Part shown: piece by piece, positions 21,564 through 32,024 of the stretch
Position numbering within the stretch: position 1 is the first letter of the stretch
Layout: each line of letters opens with the position of its first letter
DNA from: Candidatus Pampinifervens sinense
GTDB taxonomy: Bacteria; Aquificota; Aquificia; Aquificales; Aquificaceae
Direction of reading: 5' to 3'
DNA: 64,000 bases
NCBI GenBank assembly: GCA_037927135.1
Contig: JAXSPP010000009.1
Span: 15,153 to 79,152, forward strand
Made by a program: the position numbers and the translations under genes
The notes under the pieces: model-generated
The model's input: only the letters and a program-made list of their open reading frames with translations
What the model was told of the DNA's origin: nothing
Database searches by the model: none

Positions 21564-24500
21564 ATGTACAGGTTCTTTATACACAGGCCAGTGACCTCTT
21601 GGATGTTCATGATAGCCTTTATTTTGCTTGGCCTATACTCCCTCAGGGTTGTGCCCATAGATCGCCTTCCCGATGTGGACTTTCCTACAGTCACAATCGT
21701 TACCAACTATCCTGGTGCCAACGCCTATGTGGTGGATGTGAATATAACAAGGGAGATAGAGGACCAAATAGCCACTATAAGCGGTATAGAAAGCATAACC
21801 TCCGTTAGCTTTGCTGGCACCTCCCGTATAACCATAACCTTTTCCCTTGAGAAGGACATAGACGTGGCAGCACAGGAGGTAAGGGATGCAGTCCAAAGGG
21901 CTTTAAGTAGGCTTCCGGAGGGTGTGGACCCACCTTTGGTAAGGAAGGTAGACACTTCCCTTGCCCCCGTCTTTGTGGCCTTGCTTCACTCAAAGACGGC
22001 AGACTATCAAACCTTAGCCTACTGGGCCGACAAGGTAATAAAGAGGGAGTTTGAAAGGATAAACGGCGTGGGACAGGTGGACCTTGGGGGCTTCAGGGAC
22101 TATGTGCTATGGGTTAGGATTGACCCAGAAAGGCTATACTCAAGAAACTTGGCCATTCAAGATGTGGTAGAGGCTATAAAGAAAAACCATTTAGAGTCTC
22201 CAGCGGGAGCCATCTACGGTAAAGACAGAGAGTACATAATAAGGCTCTATGGAAAAGTCAAGGATCCAAAGGAATTGGAAGGTGTGTATATAAAAAACGG
22301 TGTAAGGCTAAAGGATGTGGGCTTTGTGGAGTTTACAGAGGATGAGTTTAGAGGCATGGCAAGATATAAGGGGGAGCAGGCTATAGCCCTTGTGGTCTAT
22401 AAGCAATCAAAGGCAAACACAGTAGCCGTTGTGGATGCAATAAAGAGAAAGATGGAAGAGCTAAACAGACAGCTTCCCCCTGACATGCGCATTGATTACA
22501 CCTTTGACTCTTCCATCTTTGTAAAGGACAGCGTAAAGGCGGCCATAGAGGAGATCATCATAGGTAGCCTCCTTACAGCCCTTGTGGTCTATTTCTTCCT
22601 TGGCAGTCTAAGGCTTACCCTTGTTCCCATCTTTGCCATACCCATAACCCTTTTGGGAACGGTCTTTTTTATATACCAGCTTGGAAACTCTTTAAACACC
22701 TTTACCCTCCTTGCCCTTGCGGTGGCGGTAGGCATAGTCATAGACGATGCCATAGTGGTGCTAGAAAGTATCTTTAGAAGAAGGTATGAGGAGGGCCTTG
22801 AACCTTTGCAGGCAGGAGAGGTGGGGACCAGAATAGTCATCTTTGCCCTTTTGGCCTCCACCGCCTCTTTGGTAATAGTGTTTATTCCCATCATCTTTTT
22901 AAAGGGTGTGGTAGGCAAGCTCTTTGGTAGCTTTGCCCTCACTTTAGTGATAGCCATAGCCCTCTCTTACCTAGTTGCCATAAGCTTTACACCCATGGCG
23001 GTTTCAAGGCTTGTAAAAGGCGAAGAACCCTCAAACCCCTTTACAAGAGCATACCAAAGCTTTGAAGCCTTTTTTGATAGGCTTTTGAGATGGTCCCTTG
23101 ACCACAAGACCATTGTTATAGCCCTCTCACTCATAAGCGTTTTCATAGGCTTCCAGCTCTTTAGGGCTACTAAGAAAGAATTCTTCCCCATAGTGGATGA
23201 AGGGAGATTTCTTATAAGGTTTGAAACGCCTACCGGCTCTTCCTTTGAATACACAAGGAAAAAGGCGGAAGAGATAGAAAGGATCCTCTTGAAGAACCCT
23301 TATGTGGACCGCTTTGGTATGGCTGTGGGTCAAGGTGTGGCGGGAAGGCCTGATGTGAACGGTGGCATAGGCTTTGTGTATCTGAAGGAAGGGAAAAGAC
23401 CCCATCAGGCCAAGATCATGGAAATGGTAAGGGAAGACCTTAAAAAGATAAAGGATGTAAGGATAAGCATAGAGCCACCGGGCATAGTGGGACCGGCGGG
23501 TGGAAGGCTTGTGGACCTTCAGTATGTCATAAAAGGCCCATCCCTTGAAGAGCTACAAAACATCTCAGAGAGGTTGGTAAAAGAGTTTAGAAATAGGCCA
23601 GGCTACAGAGATGTGGATACGGACCTAAGATTAAACGAGCCTCAGGTGCAGATAAGGGTAAAGAGAGAAAAGCTTGGAGACCTTGGGGTAAGCGTGGAGG
23701 ACATAGCCCTTACATTGAACGTGCTTTTCGGAAAGTTCCAGCTTGGCACCTATGAGCTCGGTGCAGAAAGCTACGACCTTTACATTAAAGCCTTGCCAAG
23801 CTTTGTGGAAAATAGGGAAAACCTTAAAAAGGTATTTGTAAGGAACTTCAAGGGAGAGCTAATACCCCTTACGGAGCTTGTGGAAATGGAGGTTGCCACT
23901 GGATACAAGGCCATAAACCGCTACAACAGGCAATACTCTTTTACCTTCTTTGCCAACCTTTCACCAGACAAGCCTTTGGCAGAGGCGGTGGAGGAGCTCA
24001 CAAGTTGGCTTAAAAGCAACCTTCCCCCTGGCTATACCTTTGAGCCTGTAGGTCAGGCTAAAGAGTTTCAAAGGGCCTTTCAAGGCCTTGGCTTTGCCCT
24101 CATCTTTGCCCTTGTGGGTGTTTACATGGTCTTGGCCTCCCTCTTTGAAAGCTACAAATACCCCTTCTTGGTGCTTTTAATGGTGCCCTTGGCCATATCT
24201 GGAACCTTTGGCCTCCTCTTTTTTACCAACACATCCTTAAGCGTCCCCTCCTACTTTGGCATAATACTGCTTGTGGGCATAATAGTGAGGGATGCGGTCC
24301 TCTTCATTGAGAGGATAATACAGCTAAGAAAGGAAGGTGTGCCTGTGCGCGAAGCCATTCTTCAAGCAAGAAAGGAAAGGCTAAGGCCCATTCTGATGAC
24401 TACCCTTACCATAGTTTCGGCCCTTATGCCTGTAGCCCTAGGCCTTACTGCGGGATCGGAGCTCAGAAAACCTTTGGCCCTTGCCGTCATAGGTGGAATA

Positions 24501-24569
24501 TTGACAGGCTTGCCCCTCAGCCTCTTCCTACTTCCCGTTCTCTACGAGCTTTTTAGCAGGAGAAGATAA
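21564..24569 (+). CDS. RND efflux transporter permease (AcrB/AcrD/AcrF family)
   Basis: FFIHRPV, GIVIDDAIVVLE, RLRPILMTTL; 1001 aa. Confidence 0.95.
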   Translation: MYRFFIHRPVTSWMFMIAFILLGLYSLRVVPIDRLPDVDFPTVTIVTNYPGANAYVVDVNITREIEDQIATISGIESITSVSFAGTSRITITFSLEKDIDVAAQEVRDAVQRALSRLPEGVDPPLVRKVDTSLAPVFVALLHSKTADYQTLAYWADKVIKREFERINGVGQVDLGGFRDYVLWVRIDPERLYSRNLAIQDVVEAIKKNHLESPAGAIYGKDREYIIRLYGKVKDPKELEGVYIKNGVRLKDVGFVEFTEDEFRGMARYKGEQAIALVVYKQSKANTVAVVDAIKRKMEELNRQLPPDMRIDYTFDSSIFVKDSVKAAIEEIIIGSLLTALVVYFFLGSLRLTLVPIFAIPITLLGTVFFIYQLGNSLNTFTLLALAVAVGIVIDDAIVVLESIFRRRYEEGLEPLQAGEVGTRIVIFALLASTASLVIVFIPIIFLKGVVGKLFGSFALTLVIAIALSYLVAISFTPMAVSRLVKGEEPSNPFTRAYQSFEAFFDRLLRWSLDHKTIVIALSLISVFIGFQLFRATKKEFFPIVDEGRFLIRFETPTGSSFEYTRKKAEEIERILLKNPYVDRFGMAVGQGVAGRPDVNGGIGFVYLKEGKRPHQAKIMEMVREDLKKIKDVRISIEPPGIVGPAGGRLVDLQYVIKGPSLEELQNISERLVKEFRNRPGYRDVDTDLRLNEPQVQIRVKREKLGDLGVSVEDIALTLNVLFGKFQLGTYELGAESYDLYIKALPSFVENRENLKKVFVRNFKGELIPLTELVEMEVATGYKAINRYNRQYSFTFFANLSPDKPLAEAVEELTSWLKSNLPPGYTFEPVGQAKEFQRAFQGLGFALIFALVGVYMVLASLFESYKYPFLVLLMVPLAISGTFGLLFFTNTSLSVPSYFGIILLVGIIVRDAVLFIERIIQLRKEGVPVREAILQARKERLRPILMTTLTIVSALMPVALGLTAGSELRKPLALAVIGGILTGLPLSLFLLPVLYELFSRRR

Positions 24570-24586
24570 TTTAAAATATCTTTTCC

Positions 24587-25285
24587 ATGGGTTCTCTAAA
24601 GGTGGTTGTATTGACTGGTGCTGGCATATCGGCAGAAAGCGGTATACCCACCTTTAGAGGGCCTGATGGCCTTTGGAGAAGCTATAAGCCTGAAGAGCTG
24701 GCCACTCCAGAGGCTTTCAGAAGAGACCCCTCTTTGGTTTGGGAGTGGTATCTTTGGAGGAGAAGCATAATAGCCAAGGCTGAACCCAATGAAGGCCATA
24801 AGGGGTTGGTTCTCTTAGAAGAAAGGTATAAGGATAGTTTTTTACTTCTCACACAAAATGTGGATGGCTTACACCAAAGGGCTGGTTCTAAAAGGGTTGT
24901 GGAATTGCATGGTAATATATGGCGTGTAAGGTGTTTAAACTGTGGAGCACGGTATTATGATTACAACACTTTTTATGAGAAGCTTCCACCCAGTTGTAAG
25001 GAGTGTGGGGGCCTGATAAGGCCTGATGTGGTTTGGTTTGGTGAAAGCCTTCCGGAGGATGCCCTTGAAAAGGCCTTTGAGGGTGCATCCTCTTGTCAGG
25101 TGTTTGTAGTGATAGGTACTTCTGGCGTGGTTTATCCTGCAGGAGGCCTCCCCTTTTTGGCCAAAAGAAAGGGTGCAAAGGTCATAGAGATAAACACGGA
25201 GGAAACGCCCATATCTTCCATAGCTGACCTTGTGATAAGGGAGCCTGCAAGCCTTGGAGTAAAAAAACTTCTGGAGGAGCTATGA
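24587..25285 (+). CDS. cobB: NAD-dependent protein deacylase (sirtuin)
   Basis: [24 protein letters not shown], two Cxx[10 protein letters not shown]. Confidence 0.95.
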   Translation: MGSLKVVVLTGAGISAESGIPTFRGPDGLWRSYKPEELATPEAFRRDPSLVWEWYLWRRSIIAKAEPNEGHKGLVLLEERYKDSFLLLTQNVDGLHQRAGSKRVVELHGNIWRVRCLNCGARYYDYNTFYEKLPPSCKECGGLIRPDVVWFGESLPEDALEKAFEGASSCQVFVVIGTSGVVYPAGGLPFLAKRKGAKVIEINTEETPISSIADLVIREPASLGVKKLLEEL

Positions 25286-26211
25286 AGGTACATATAATGG
25301 GATCTGATCAAAGGATAGTAAGATGTGCCAGAGTTTCCTTCGGGAGGGATCAAGAGGTAAATGTAGAAAGGGACATAAAGCTTATAAGGTATCTTCTGAA
25401 GCATAAGCATGCATCACCCTTTGAACATGTTATAATAGCCGTGGAAGCGGACAAAAGCCTATGGCTTGACCTTCTTAGTCGTATTGAAAACCCAGCGGTG
25501 CAATTGTATTACTCCGGAGGTTTCATATGGTTCAATCTAAGAAGCTTTATAAACGCCTATCCGCATGTGCCGGAGGGTCTAGAAGAATACTTACAGAAGG
25601 CCTTGCCCGCTACTGTGGCCATATGGAAGGGGGAGGAAGTAAAAGATTACAGCAAAGATGATGCTTATTTAAAGGAAAGGATAGAAACATCTTCTGGATG
25701 GGTGGGCCTTGTGGACAGCCTTGAGCTTGGCACCGACATGGACTACTATACCTTTGTTATTGAATGCCCACTGTTTGTAGCACGCCAATGGCACAGGCAT
25801 AGGTTTGGCTCTTACAATGAAATCAGCAGAAGGTATGTGGACTATGAGCCAGATTTTTATGTGCCAAGGTATTTGAGGAAACAGGCAGAGAGCAACAAGC
25901 AAGCATCCATAGACGAACCAATAGAAGAGCCTTGGAATTCTCTTTTCTTAAAGAAGATAAAATGGTACATAGAAGACCTAAAGTCTCTCTATAGGGCTAT
26001 GGTGGAGAAAAAAGTGGCAAAGGAGATAGCAAGGGGCATCTTACCCCAGTTTATGAAAACAAGGTTCTACTGGACTGTTCCTAGGATAGCCTTAGACAAC
26101 TTTATAGCCCTAAGGACACATCCACACGCACAACAAGAAATAAGGGAGCTAGCCTTGGCCATAAAAGAATTGGTAGGCTACAAGGAGAGGGATAAAAAGC
26201 TTAGGCTGTAG
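25282..26211 (+). CDS. thyX: FAD-dependent thymidylate synthase
   Basis: HASPFEH, ThyX motif [25 protein letters not shown]. Confidence 0.94.
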   Translation: MKVHIMGSDQRIVRCARVSFGRDQEVNVERDIKLIRYLLKHKHASPFEHVIIAVEADKSLWLDLLSRIENPAVQLYYSGGFIWFNLRSFINAYPHVPEGLEEYLQKALPATVAIWKGEEVKDYSKDDAYLKERIETSSGWVGLVDSLELGTDMDYYTFVIECPLFVARQWHRHRFGSYNEISRRYVDYEPDFYVPRYLRKQAESNKQASIDEPIEEPWNSLFLKKIKWYIEDLKSLYRAMVEKKVAKEIARGILPQFMKTRFYWTVPRIALDNFIALRTHPHAQQEIRELALAIKELVGYKERDKKLRL

Positions 26212-26467
26212 TTGCCTCTACAGGTATGACGCTGACAACCTTCCTATTTTTCCTTGTTTCAAACTTCACTATACCATCTACCAGTGCAAAAAGGGTAAAG
26301 TCTGAACCCATTCCCACATTCCTTCCTGGATATATCCTTGTGCCCCTCTGTCTTACTATGATATTTCCAGCCCTAACAAACTGTCCATCGTGCCTCTTTA
26401 CTCCTAGCCTTTTAGAATGACTATCTCTTCCGTTTTTCGTTGAGCCACCACTGGCCTTTGAAGCCAT
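26201..26467 (-). CDS. rpmA: 50S ribosomal protein L27
   Basis: [25 protein letters not shown]. Confidence 0.98.
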   Translation of the reverse strand: MASKASGGSTKNGRDSHSKRLGVKRHDGQFVRAGNIIVRQRGTRIYPGRNVGMGSDFTLFALVDGIVKFETRKNRKVVSVIPVEATTA

Positions 26468-26469
26468 GC

Positions 26470-26769
26470 TTACACCTCCTCAATTTCTTTTATCAATATC
26501 TCTGTATAAGGCTGTCTATGACCTCTCCACCTTTTGTAGTTTTTCTTTGCCCTAAACTTGAACACAATAACCTTTTTGTGCTTTCCATGGGACAGAACTT
26601 CTGCCACAACCTTGCCTTTATTGAACTCCAAAGAACCATCCTCTTTTCTTATAAGAAGTGGCTTAAATTCTATTAGCGTGCCAGGCTCATAGGGTAGCTT
26701 TTCTACCTTAAGTCTTAAACCCTTTTCAACCTTATACTGCTTTCCACCCGTTTCTATAACAGCGTACAT
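26470..26769 (-). CDS. rplU: 50S ribosomal protein L21
   Basis: [21 protein letters not shown]. Confidence 0.98.
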   Translation of the reverse strand: MYAVIETGGKQYKVEKGLRLKVEKLPYEPGTLIEFKPLLIRKEDGSLEFNKGKVVAEVLSHGKHKKVIVFKFRAKKNYKRWRGHRQPYTEILIKEIEEV

Positions 26770-26795
26770 AGCCCTTCACTCCTAATTATAAAACT

Positions 26796-26820
26796 GTTGC
26801 GGGGGCAAAGCCCCCAAACA
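26796..26820 (-). terminator. GC-rich hairpin, probable intrinsic terminator after the Q-rich lipoprotein gene
   Basis: GGGGGC-AAA-GCCCCC at 26801-26815 with TGTT/AACA outer arms; only a short T tract downstream. Confidence 0.55.
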
Positions 26821-26825
26821 AAAGC

Positions 26826-27047
26826 TTACTTCTTTTGCTCGCCAGCAGGCTGTTGTTGTTCAGCGGGTTGTTGTTGCTGCTGTTGCTGTTGTTCAGCTGG
26901 TTGCTGTTGTGCAGGCTGTTGTGGTTGTGCAGGTTGAGCGGGTTGCTGTTGTTCTGCTGGTTGCTGTTGCTGTTCTGCTGGCTTCTGCTGGCAAGATACT
27001 GCCAGTAGTGCAAGACCTACCGCTCCAAGTGCTATAAGCTTCCTCAT
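26826..27047 (-). CDS. Small Gln/Pro/Ala-rich lipoprotein
   Basis: GGAGGTG RBS, lipobox LAVSC, PAEQQQ repeats. Confidence 0.85.
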   Translation of the reverse strand: MRKLIALGAVGLALLAVSCQQKPAEQQQQPAEQQQPAQPAQPQQPAQQQPAEQQQQQQQQPAEQQQPAGEQKK

Positions 27048-27084
27048 TTTTTCACCTCCTCTATAAAAGTATTTTGAACCAAAA

Positions 27085-27576
27085 TTATAAAGCAGACTTA
27101 TTTAACTTGTCAAGTTCTTTTAAAAGGCTTTCCACATGCCCCTTTGCCTTTACATTGTACCAAGCCTTTACGACCTTTCCTTCTGGTGATATAAGAAAGG
27201 TACTTCTGATTATGCCTTCTTTTTCCTTCCCGTACATCTTCTTCTTACCGTATGCTCCATACGCTTTAGCTACCTCCTTTTCTGGATCGCTCAAAAGCGC
27301 AAAGTTCAACCCATACTTTTCCCTAAACCTTTTATGGGATTGAAGGTCATCCGGGCTTATGCCTACAACCACAAAGCCCTTAGCCTGTAGTATGTTCATA
27401 TTGTCTCTGAAATCGCAGGCTTCTTGGGTGCATCCTGGTGTGTCATCTTTGGGATAAAAGTAGAGGATAAGGTGGGAAGAGAGGAAGTCTTTAAGGCAAT
27501 ACTTCCCCTCTCTTCCCTCTTTATCTAAGCCCTCTAGACAAAAGTCTGGTGCCAAGTCTCCTTCCTTTAGCATCAT
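27085..27576 (-). CDS. bcp: Peroxiredoxin, BCP/PrxQ family
   Basis: FYPKDDTPGCTQEACDFRD. Confidence 0.93.
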   Translation of the reverse strand: MMLKEGDLAPDFCLEGLDKEGREGKYCLKDFLSSHLILYFYPKDDTPGCTQEACDFRDNMNILQAKGFVVVGISPDDLQSHKRFREKYGLNFALLSDPEKEVAKAYGAYGKKKMYGKEKEGIIRSTFLISPEGKVVKAWYNVKAKGHVESLLKELDKLNKSAL

Positions 27577-29534
27577 CCGTAGGTGTCTCCTTCAGGCTTT
27601 ACTGGTTCTATCCTAAGCAAGGCATCCTCTGGTGTTACGTTATCTCCAGGCTTTACAAAGATCTTTTTGACTATGCCCGTAATGGGTGCATGGATCTCGT
27701 TCTCCATCTTCATGGCCTCCACTATCGCCACCGTCTGACCCTCGTTTACGGGCTGACCTTCTTCCACCAGTATCCTTACAACCCTACCGGGCATAGGTGC
27801 TGTGGCATCACCTGGTTGGGTTGCCTTTGGAATGCCTTTTTCCTCCGCTTGGGCCACCGCTTGAGGAATGCCACCGGAAGGTATAGCTTCCTTTTGGGGC
27901 ATAAGTTGCACCTCTTCCAACCTTCCATCAACCCTTATGTAATACTTCCTAGGCTTGCCTGGTTCTGTATGGGCGCTAACACCTTCCACTTTAACCTTAA
28001 ACTTCTCTCCATGGTAAACTATTTCAAACTCTACCGGTGCTGCACCTGGAACTGTGCCAGCTTTTACCTCTGTGGTTTCCGCCAACTCTTCTATAGGCTC
28101 TGGATGTAACTCTCCCTTCTCTCTTGCTATAAAGAAGTCCTTTGCCTGCATGGGGAAGAGGGCATATAGAAGCACCTCCTCATCGGTAGGTTCTCTTCCC
28201 AAAAGGGCCTTTGTTTCTTCGTAGGCCTTGTCCCAGTCGTTGGGGTCTGCAAGGTCTGCAGCCCTTATGGAGAAGTCTGGTTCTTTGCCTGGACCAAGTA
28301 TCTTTTCTGCAAGCTCTTTGGATATGGGGCCCGGTGGCTTTCCATACTTACCTTCCACATAGTCCCTTACCTCTTTGGTAATTACCTTATACCTTTCTCC
28401 AGATATGACGTTTAGGACGGCTTGCACACCCACTATTTGGGAAGAAGGTGTAAGAAGTGGTGGATAACCCAGATCCCTCTCCACATTTGGCACTTCTGCC
28501 AATGCCTCCTCTATCTTGTCCAAAGCGTTGGCCTCTATAAGCTGAGCTACCATGTTGGATATCATTCCACCTGGAATCTTGTGTATGAGAACCTTTGCAT
28601 TTACTCCAGCATACTCTGTTTCATACTTCTTATACTTTCTGCGGATCTGTCTTGCTATTTCGGCACACTCTTCTATCTTTCTGAGATCAAGGCCCGTATC
28701 AAAGGGTGTGCCCTCAAGCATGGCCACTACGGACTCGGTAGCCGGATGTGAAGATCCAAAGGCTAGAGGAGAAAGAACTGTATCCACCATATCTACACCA
28801 GCCAGTATGGCCATCATATGGTTCACTATGGCCGTTCCGCTCATGTCGTGGTTGTGAAGCAACACAGGCAGTTTACCACCAGTGGCCTCTTTTATACCCT
28901 TTATTATGGCATAGGTTTCAAAGGGCATTATAATACCAGTGGCATCTTTAAAGGAGAGCCAGTCTGCACCCATTTCAGCTATCTCAAGAGCGTACTCAAT
29001 CCACTTCTGGTAGGTATGCACTGGGCTCCTAGTATAACTTATCTCAGCATGGGCCTCTCCACCAAGCTCCTTTATGGCCTTTATGGCCGTTTCTATATTC
29101 CTGTTGTCATTGAGGGCATCAAAGACTCTAAAAACGGTTATACCGTTGGCTATGGCCCTTTCTACAAACTTGTAGACAAGCTTGTCCGATTTTGGCCTAT
29201 ATCCCACAATATTCTGACCTCTAAAGAGCATCTGCAGTTTGGTGTTGGGCATAACCTCCTTTATACGCCTTAGCCTCTCCCATGGGTCTTCCTTTAAGTA
29301 CCTCAAGCAGACATCGTAAGTTGCACCACCCCAAACCTCTACAGCGTAAAAACCTACCTTATCCAGCTTTTCACACAGGGGCAAGAGGTCATCGGTCCTT
29401 ACGCGCGTTGCCAGCTTACACTGTATGCCATCCCTTGGTGTAAGGTCTGTGATCAATATCTTCTTTTTAAAGCCTGTCCTCTCATACTCTTTTAACTTCT
29501 CTTGAATCTCTTCCATTATCTCCACTGGATGCAT
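27573..29534 (-). CDS. cfiA: 2-oxoglutarate carboxylase large subunit (carboxyltransferase plus biotin carrier)
   Basis: TDLTPRDGIQCKLATR, WGGATYDVC, EAMKM biotin site; length and sequence match my recollection of Hydrogenobacter CfiA. Confidence 0.85.
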   Translation of the reverse strand: MHPVEIMEEIQEKLKEYERTGFKKKILITDLTPRDGIQCKLATRVRTDDLLPLCEKLDKVGFYAVEVWGGATYDVCLRYLKEDPWERLRRIKEVMPNTKLQMLFRGQNIVGYRPKSDKLVYKFVERAIANGITVFRVFDALNDNRNIETAIKAIKELGGEAHAEISYTRSPVHTYQKWIEYALEIAEMGADWLSFKDATGIIMPFETYAIIKGIKEATGGKLPVLLHNHDMSGTAIVNHMMAILAGVDMVDTVLSPLAFGSSHPATESVVAMLEGTPFDTGLDLRKIEECAEIARQIRRKYKKYETEYAGVNAKVLIHKIPGGMISNMVAQLIEANALDKIEEALAEVPNVERDLGYPPLLTPSSQIVGVQAVLNVISGERYKVITKEVRDYVEGKYGKPPGPISKELAEKILGPGKEPDFSIRAADLADPNDWDKAYEETKALLGREPTDEEVLLYALFPMQAKDFFIAREKGELHPEPIEELAETTEVKAGTVPGAAPVEFEIVYHGEKFKVKVEGVSAHTEPGKPRKYYIRVDGRLEEVQLMPQKEAIPSGGIPQAVAQAEEKGIPKATQPGDATAPMPGRVVRILVEEGQPVNEGQTVAIVEAMKMENEIHAPITGIVKKIFVKPGDNVTPEDALLRIEPVKPEGDTYG

Positions 29535-29553
29535 GCCTTACCTCCTCAAGTTT

Positions 29554-30972
29554 TTATAATCCATGGTAAGCGGCTATGGCCGCAGATATAAGGGCCACAA
29601 AATCTTCTTTATCCCTATGCTCTTGATAATCAAAGAGATGAGGGTGTGTTTCTAAATACCTTGTGTTAAACTTACCAGCTCTAAAGTCTGGATCTTCCAT
29701 TATCTTTATCAGCAAGGGTATGGTGGTCTTTATGCCTGTAATCTCATAGGTTTCCAATGCAGCCTTCATCCTGTCTACAGCCACCTCCCATTGAGGCGCC
29801 CACACTATAAGCTTTGCTATCATGGAATCGTAATAAGGTGTTATCTCGTAGCCCCTTGAAGCAGCATGCTCTACCCTTATGCCAAAACCACCAGGCACAT
29901 AGTACCTTTCTATAGTGCCTATACTAGGAGCAAAGTTCTTCTTAGGGTCTTCCGCGTTTATCCTACATTCTATGGCATAACCGTTAAACTTTATGTCTTC
30001 TTGTTTATACCTTAAGGGCTCTCCAGCGGCTATCCTTATCTGCCACTTTACTATATCTATGCCAGTTATCATCTCCGTGACAGGGTGCTCCACCTGAATC
30101 CTTGTATTCATCTCAATAAAGTAAAGGTTTCCCTTTTCGTCCGCTACAAATTCCATTGTGCCGGCGCTGTAATAGCCTATCTCCTTGGCCGTCTTTACCA
30201 CAAGGCTTCCGTAATACTCCCTTTGCTCTGGTGTAAGAAGCAAAGAGGGGGCTATCTCCACAAGCTTTTGGTTTCTCCTTTGAATGGAGCAATCCCTCTC
30301 TCCCAAATGTATCACATTTCCATACTTGTCTCCCAAAACCTGAAACTCAATATGATGTGGATTTTCTATGTATTTTTCAAGCAAAAGGTCTCCCCTTCCA
30401 AAGGCCTTTAGGGCCTCGTTGTAGGCGCTCTCATAGTTTCTCAAAAGCTCTTCTTCATTTCTACATATCCTAATACCCCTTCCACCACCACCGGCGGAAG
30501 CTTTTAAAAGAACAGGATAGCCTATCTCTTTTGCTATCTGCTTTGCTTCCTGTTCATCCTTTAAAATACCATCGCTTCCCGGCACAGTGGGAAGGCCTGT
30601 CTTTTTAGCTATCTCCTTTGACCTTGCCTTGTCTCCCATAAGCTCTATAACCTTCCAGTGGGGCCCTATGAAGGTTATTCCCTTTTCTTCGCATAGCCTT
30701 GCAAAATGTTCATTTTCTGCCAAGAAGCCATAGCCGGGATGTATAGCCTCCGCACCAACCTCTAAGGCAAGGTCCACTATGCGCTCCGCATTGAGGTACG
30801 TGTCCAGTGGATTTACCCCTATCATATAGGCCTCATCGGCCATCTTTACATGCCTTGCTGTAGATTCTATCTCATTGTATATGGCCACCGTTTTAATCCC
30901 AAGCTCTTTACAAGCCCTTATGATCCTACAGGCTATTTCACCCCTGTTGGCTATAAGGACCTTTTTGAACAT
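29554..30972 (-). CDS. cfiB: 2-oxoglutarate carboxylase small subunit (biotin carboxylase)
   Basis: ANRGEIACR, HPGYGFLAEN, EMNTRIQVEHPVTE; 472 aa, adjacent to cfiA. Confidence 0.85.
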   Translation of the reverse strand: MFKKVLIANRGEIACRIIRACKELGIKTVAIYNEIESTARHVKMADEAYMIGVNPLDTYLNAERIVDLALEVGAEAIHPGYGFLAENEHFARLCEEKGITFIGPHWKVIELMGDKARSKEIAKKTGLPTVPGSDGILKDEQEAKQIAKEIGYPVLLKASAGGGGRGIRICRNEEELLRNYESAYNEALKAFGRGDLLLEKYIENPHHIEFQVLGDKYGNVIHLGERDCSIQRRNQKLVEIAPSLLLTPEQREYYGSLVVKTAKEIGYYSAGTMEFVADEKGNLYFIEMNTRIQVEHPVTEMITGIDIVKWQIRIAAGEPLRYKQEDIKFNGYAIECRINAEDPKKNFAPSIGTIERYYVPGGFGIRVEHAASRGYEITPYYDSMIAKLIVWAPQWEVAVDRMKAALETYEITGIKTTIPLLIKIMEDPDFRAGKFNTRYLETHPHLFDYQEHRDKEDFVALISAAIAAYHGL

Positions 30973-30981
30973 GCCTACCTC

Positions 30982-31398
30982 CTAGAGGAGTTCTATCTTG
31001 TATTCAATGGGGGCAACTTTGTTTATCATGTATGCTATGGAACATGTGCCAGGGTCATATATGGTCTTATCAAGGGCCTTTTTTACATCCTCTTCTGTGA
31101 CATCACCCTTCACCTTTACATATAGGTATATCTTGGTAAAGACCTTGGGATAGCCTTCGGTTACCCTCTCTGCATCCGTTTCTATCTCTATGTGCTCTGT
31201 GTGCTTTCCCTCATTGTGAAGGGCTTCATAGAGGTGGATACCTACACAGCCCGCTATAGAATGAAAAAGGAGTTCTGGGGGTCTTATACCCCTACCCTTT
31301 CCACCCACATAGCCTGCGGCATCTATGGGCACTTCCTTTCCTGCTTCACCCACACCTACAAAGTGAAAATCTTCCTTCTGAACCACCCTTACCTTCAT
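30982..31398 (-). CDS. OsmC/YhfA family protein
   Basis: RPPELLFHSIAGC and a second Cys in CSIA. Confidence 0.85.
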   Translation of the reverse strand: MKVRVVQKEDFHFVGVGEAGKEVPIDAAGYVGGKGRGIRPPELLFHSIAGCVGIHLYEALHNEGKHTEHIEIETDAERVTEGYPKVFTKIYLYVKVKGDVTEEDVKKALDKTIYDPGTCSIAYMINKVAPIEYKIELL

Positions 31399-31488
31399 TC
31401 CAACCTCCTAAAAAGGGTGATATAAATTATAAGCCATATTTTCAAAAAGTGGTGGTTTTTATCATAAAAAAGTGAAACTAAAAGTTCC

Positions 31489-31977
31489 TTATTTGGCCCT
31501 TGCTTCAAAAAGGCAAAGTTCTTTACCCTGATCTTGACACTCTAATTCCTTGCACTCCCAAGATCTGCCTGTGATCTCCTCAAGGACACCTGCAAAGGCA
31601 CCTGCCAAAGGAAGACAAACGGGTTTATTGCTTTGCATCTTCTCCGCAAAGAAGGACCCTTTCACCCTTGCAAGTATGTAATCCTCCCCTTTTACTTCAA
31701 ACTCCACCTCCTTACAAAAGCCAGGAATTTCAATAAAGGCTTTTAAATAGGGTGTAAGCTCCTCAAGGGAAAAGGTAGCACTTCTTAATAGATTCTTTAT
31801 ATGCTCACCGACCACATGCCCAGACCTCTTTCCCGCAAAGTTCAAAAGGGCACCCACACCAAAGCCCGATAGTTTAAAGAGTTGAGAATAGAACTCTTGG
31901 AGTGGATCCTTTAGTATCATAACAGACCTATTTCTGTAAAGCTCTTCTACCTTTGAAACTATTTCCCTGTAATCCAT
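31489..31977 (-). CDS. V4R domain protein
   Basis: PVC...AG...G...ELECQDQGKELCLFE; ATG 31977 follows GAGGGGG. Confidence 0.8.
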   Translation of the reverse strand: MDYREIVSKVEELYRNRSVMILKDPLQEFYSQLFKLSGFGVGALLNFAGKRSGHVVGEHIKNLLRSATFSLEELTPYLKAFIEIPGFCKEVEFEVKGEDYILARVKGSFFAEKMQSNKPVCLPLAGAFAGVLEEITGRSWECKELECQDQGKELCLFEARAK

Positions 31978-32024
31978 GGAACACCCCCTCAAGCTTTATA
32001 GTGTAGTATAAGGTAAGGCATGCC

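Noticed and set aside
26850-26990. Tandem repeats as a CRISPR array or non-coding repeat; alternative N/S-rich ORF 26786-27013
   Set aside because: They are Gln/Pro/Ala codon repeats of the lipoprotein; there are no spacers, and the alternative frame lacks an RBS or signal
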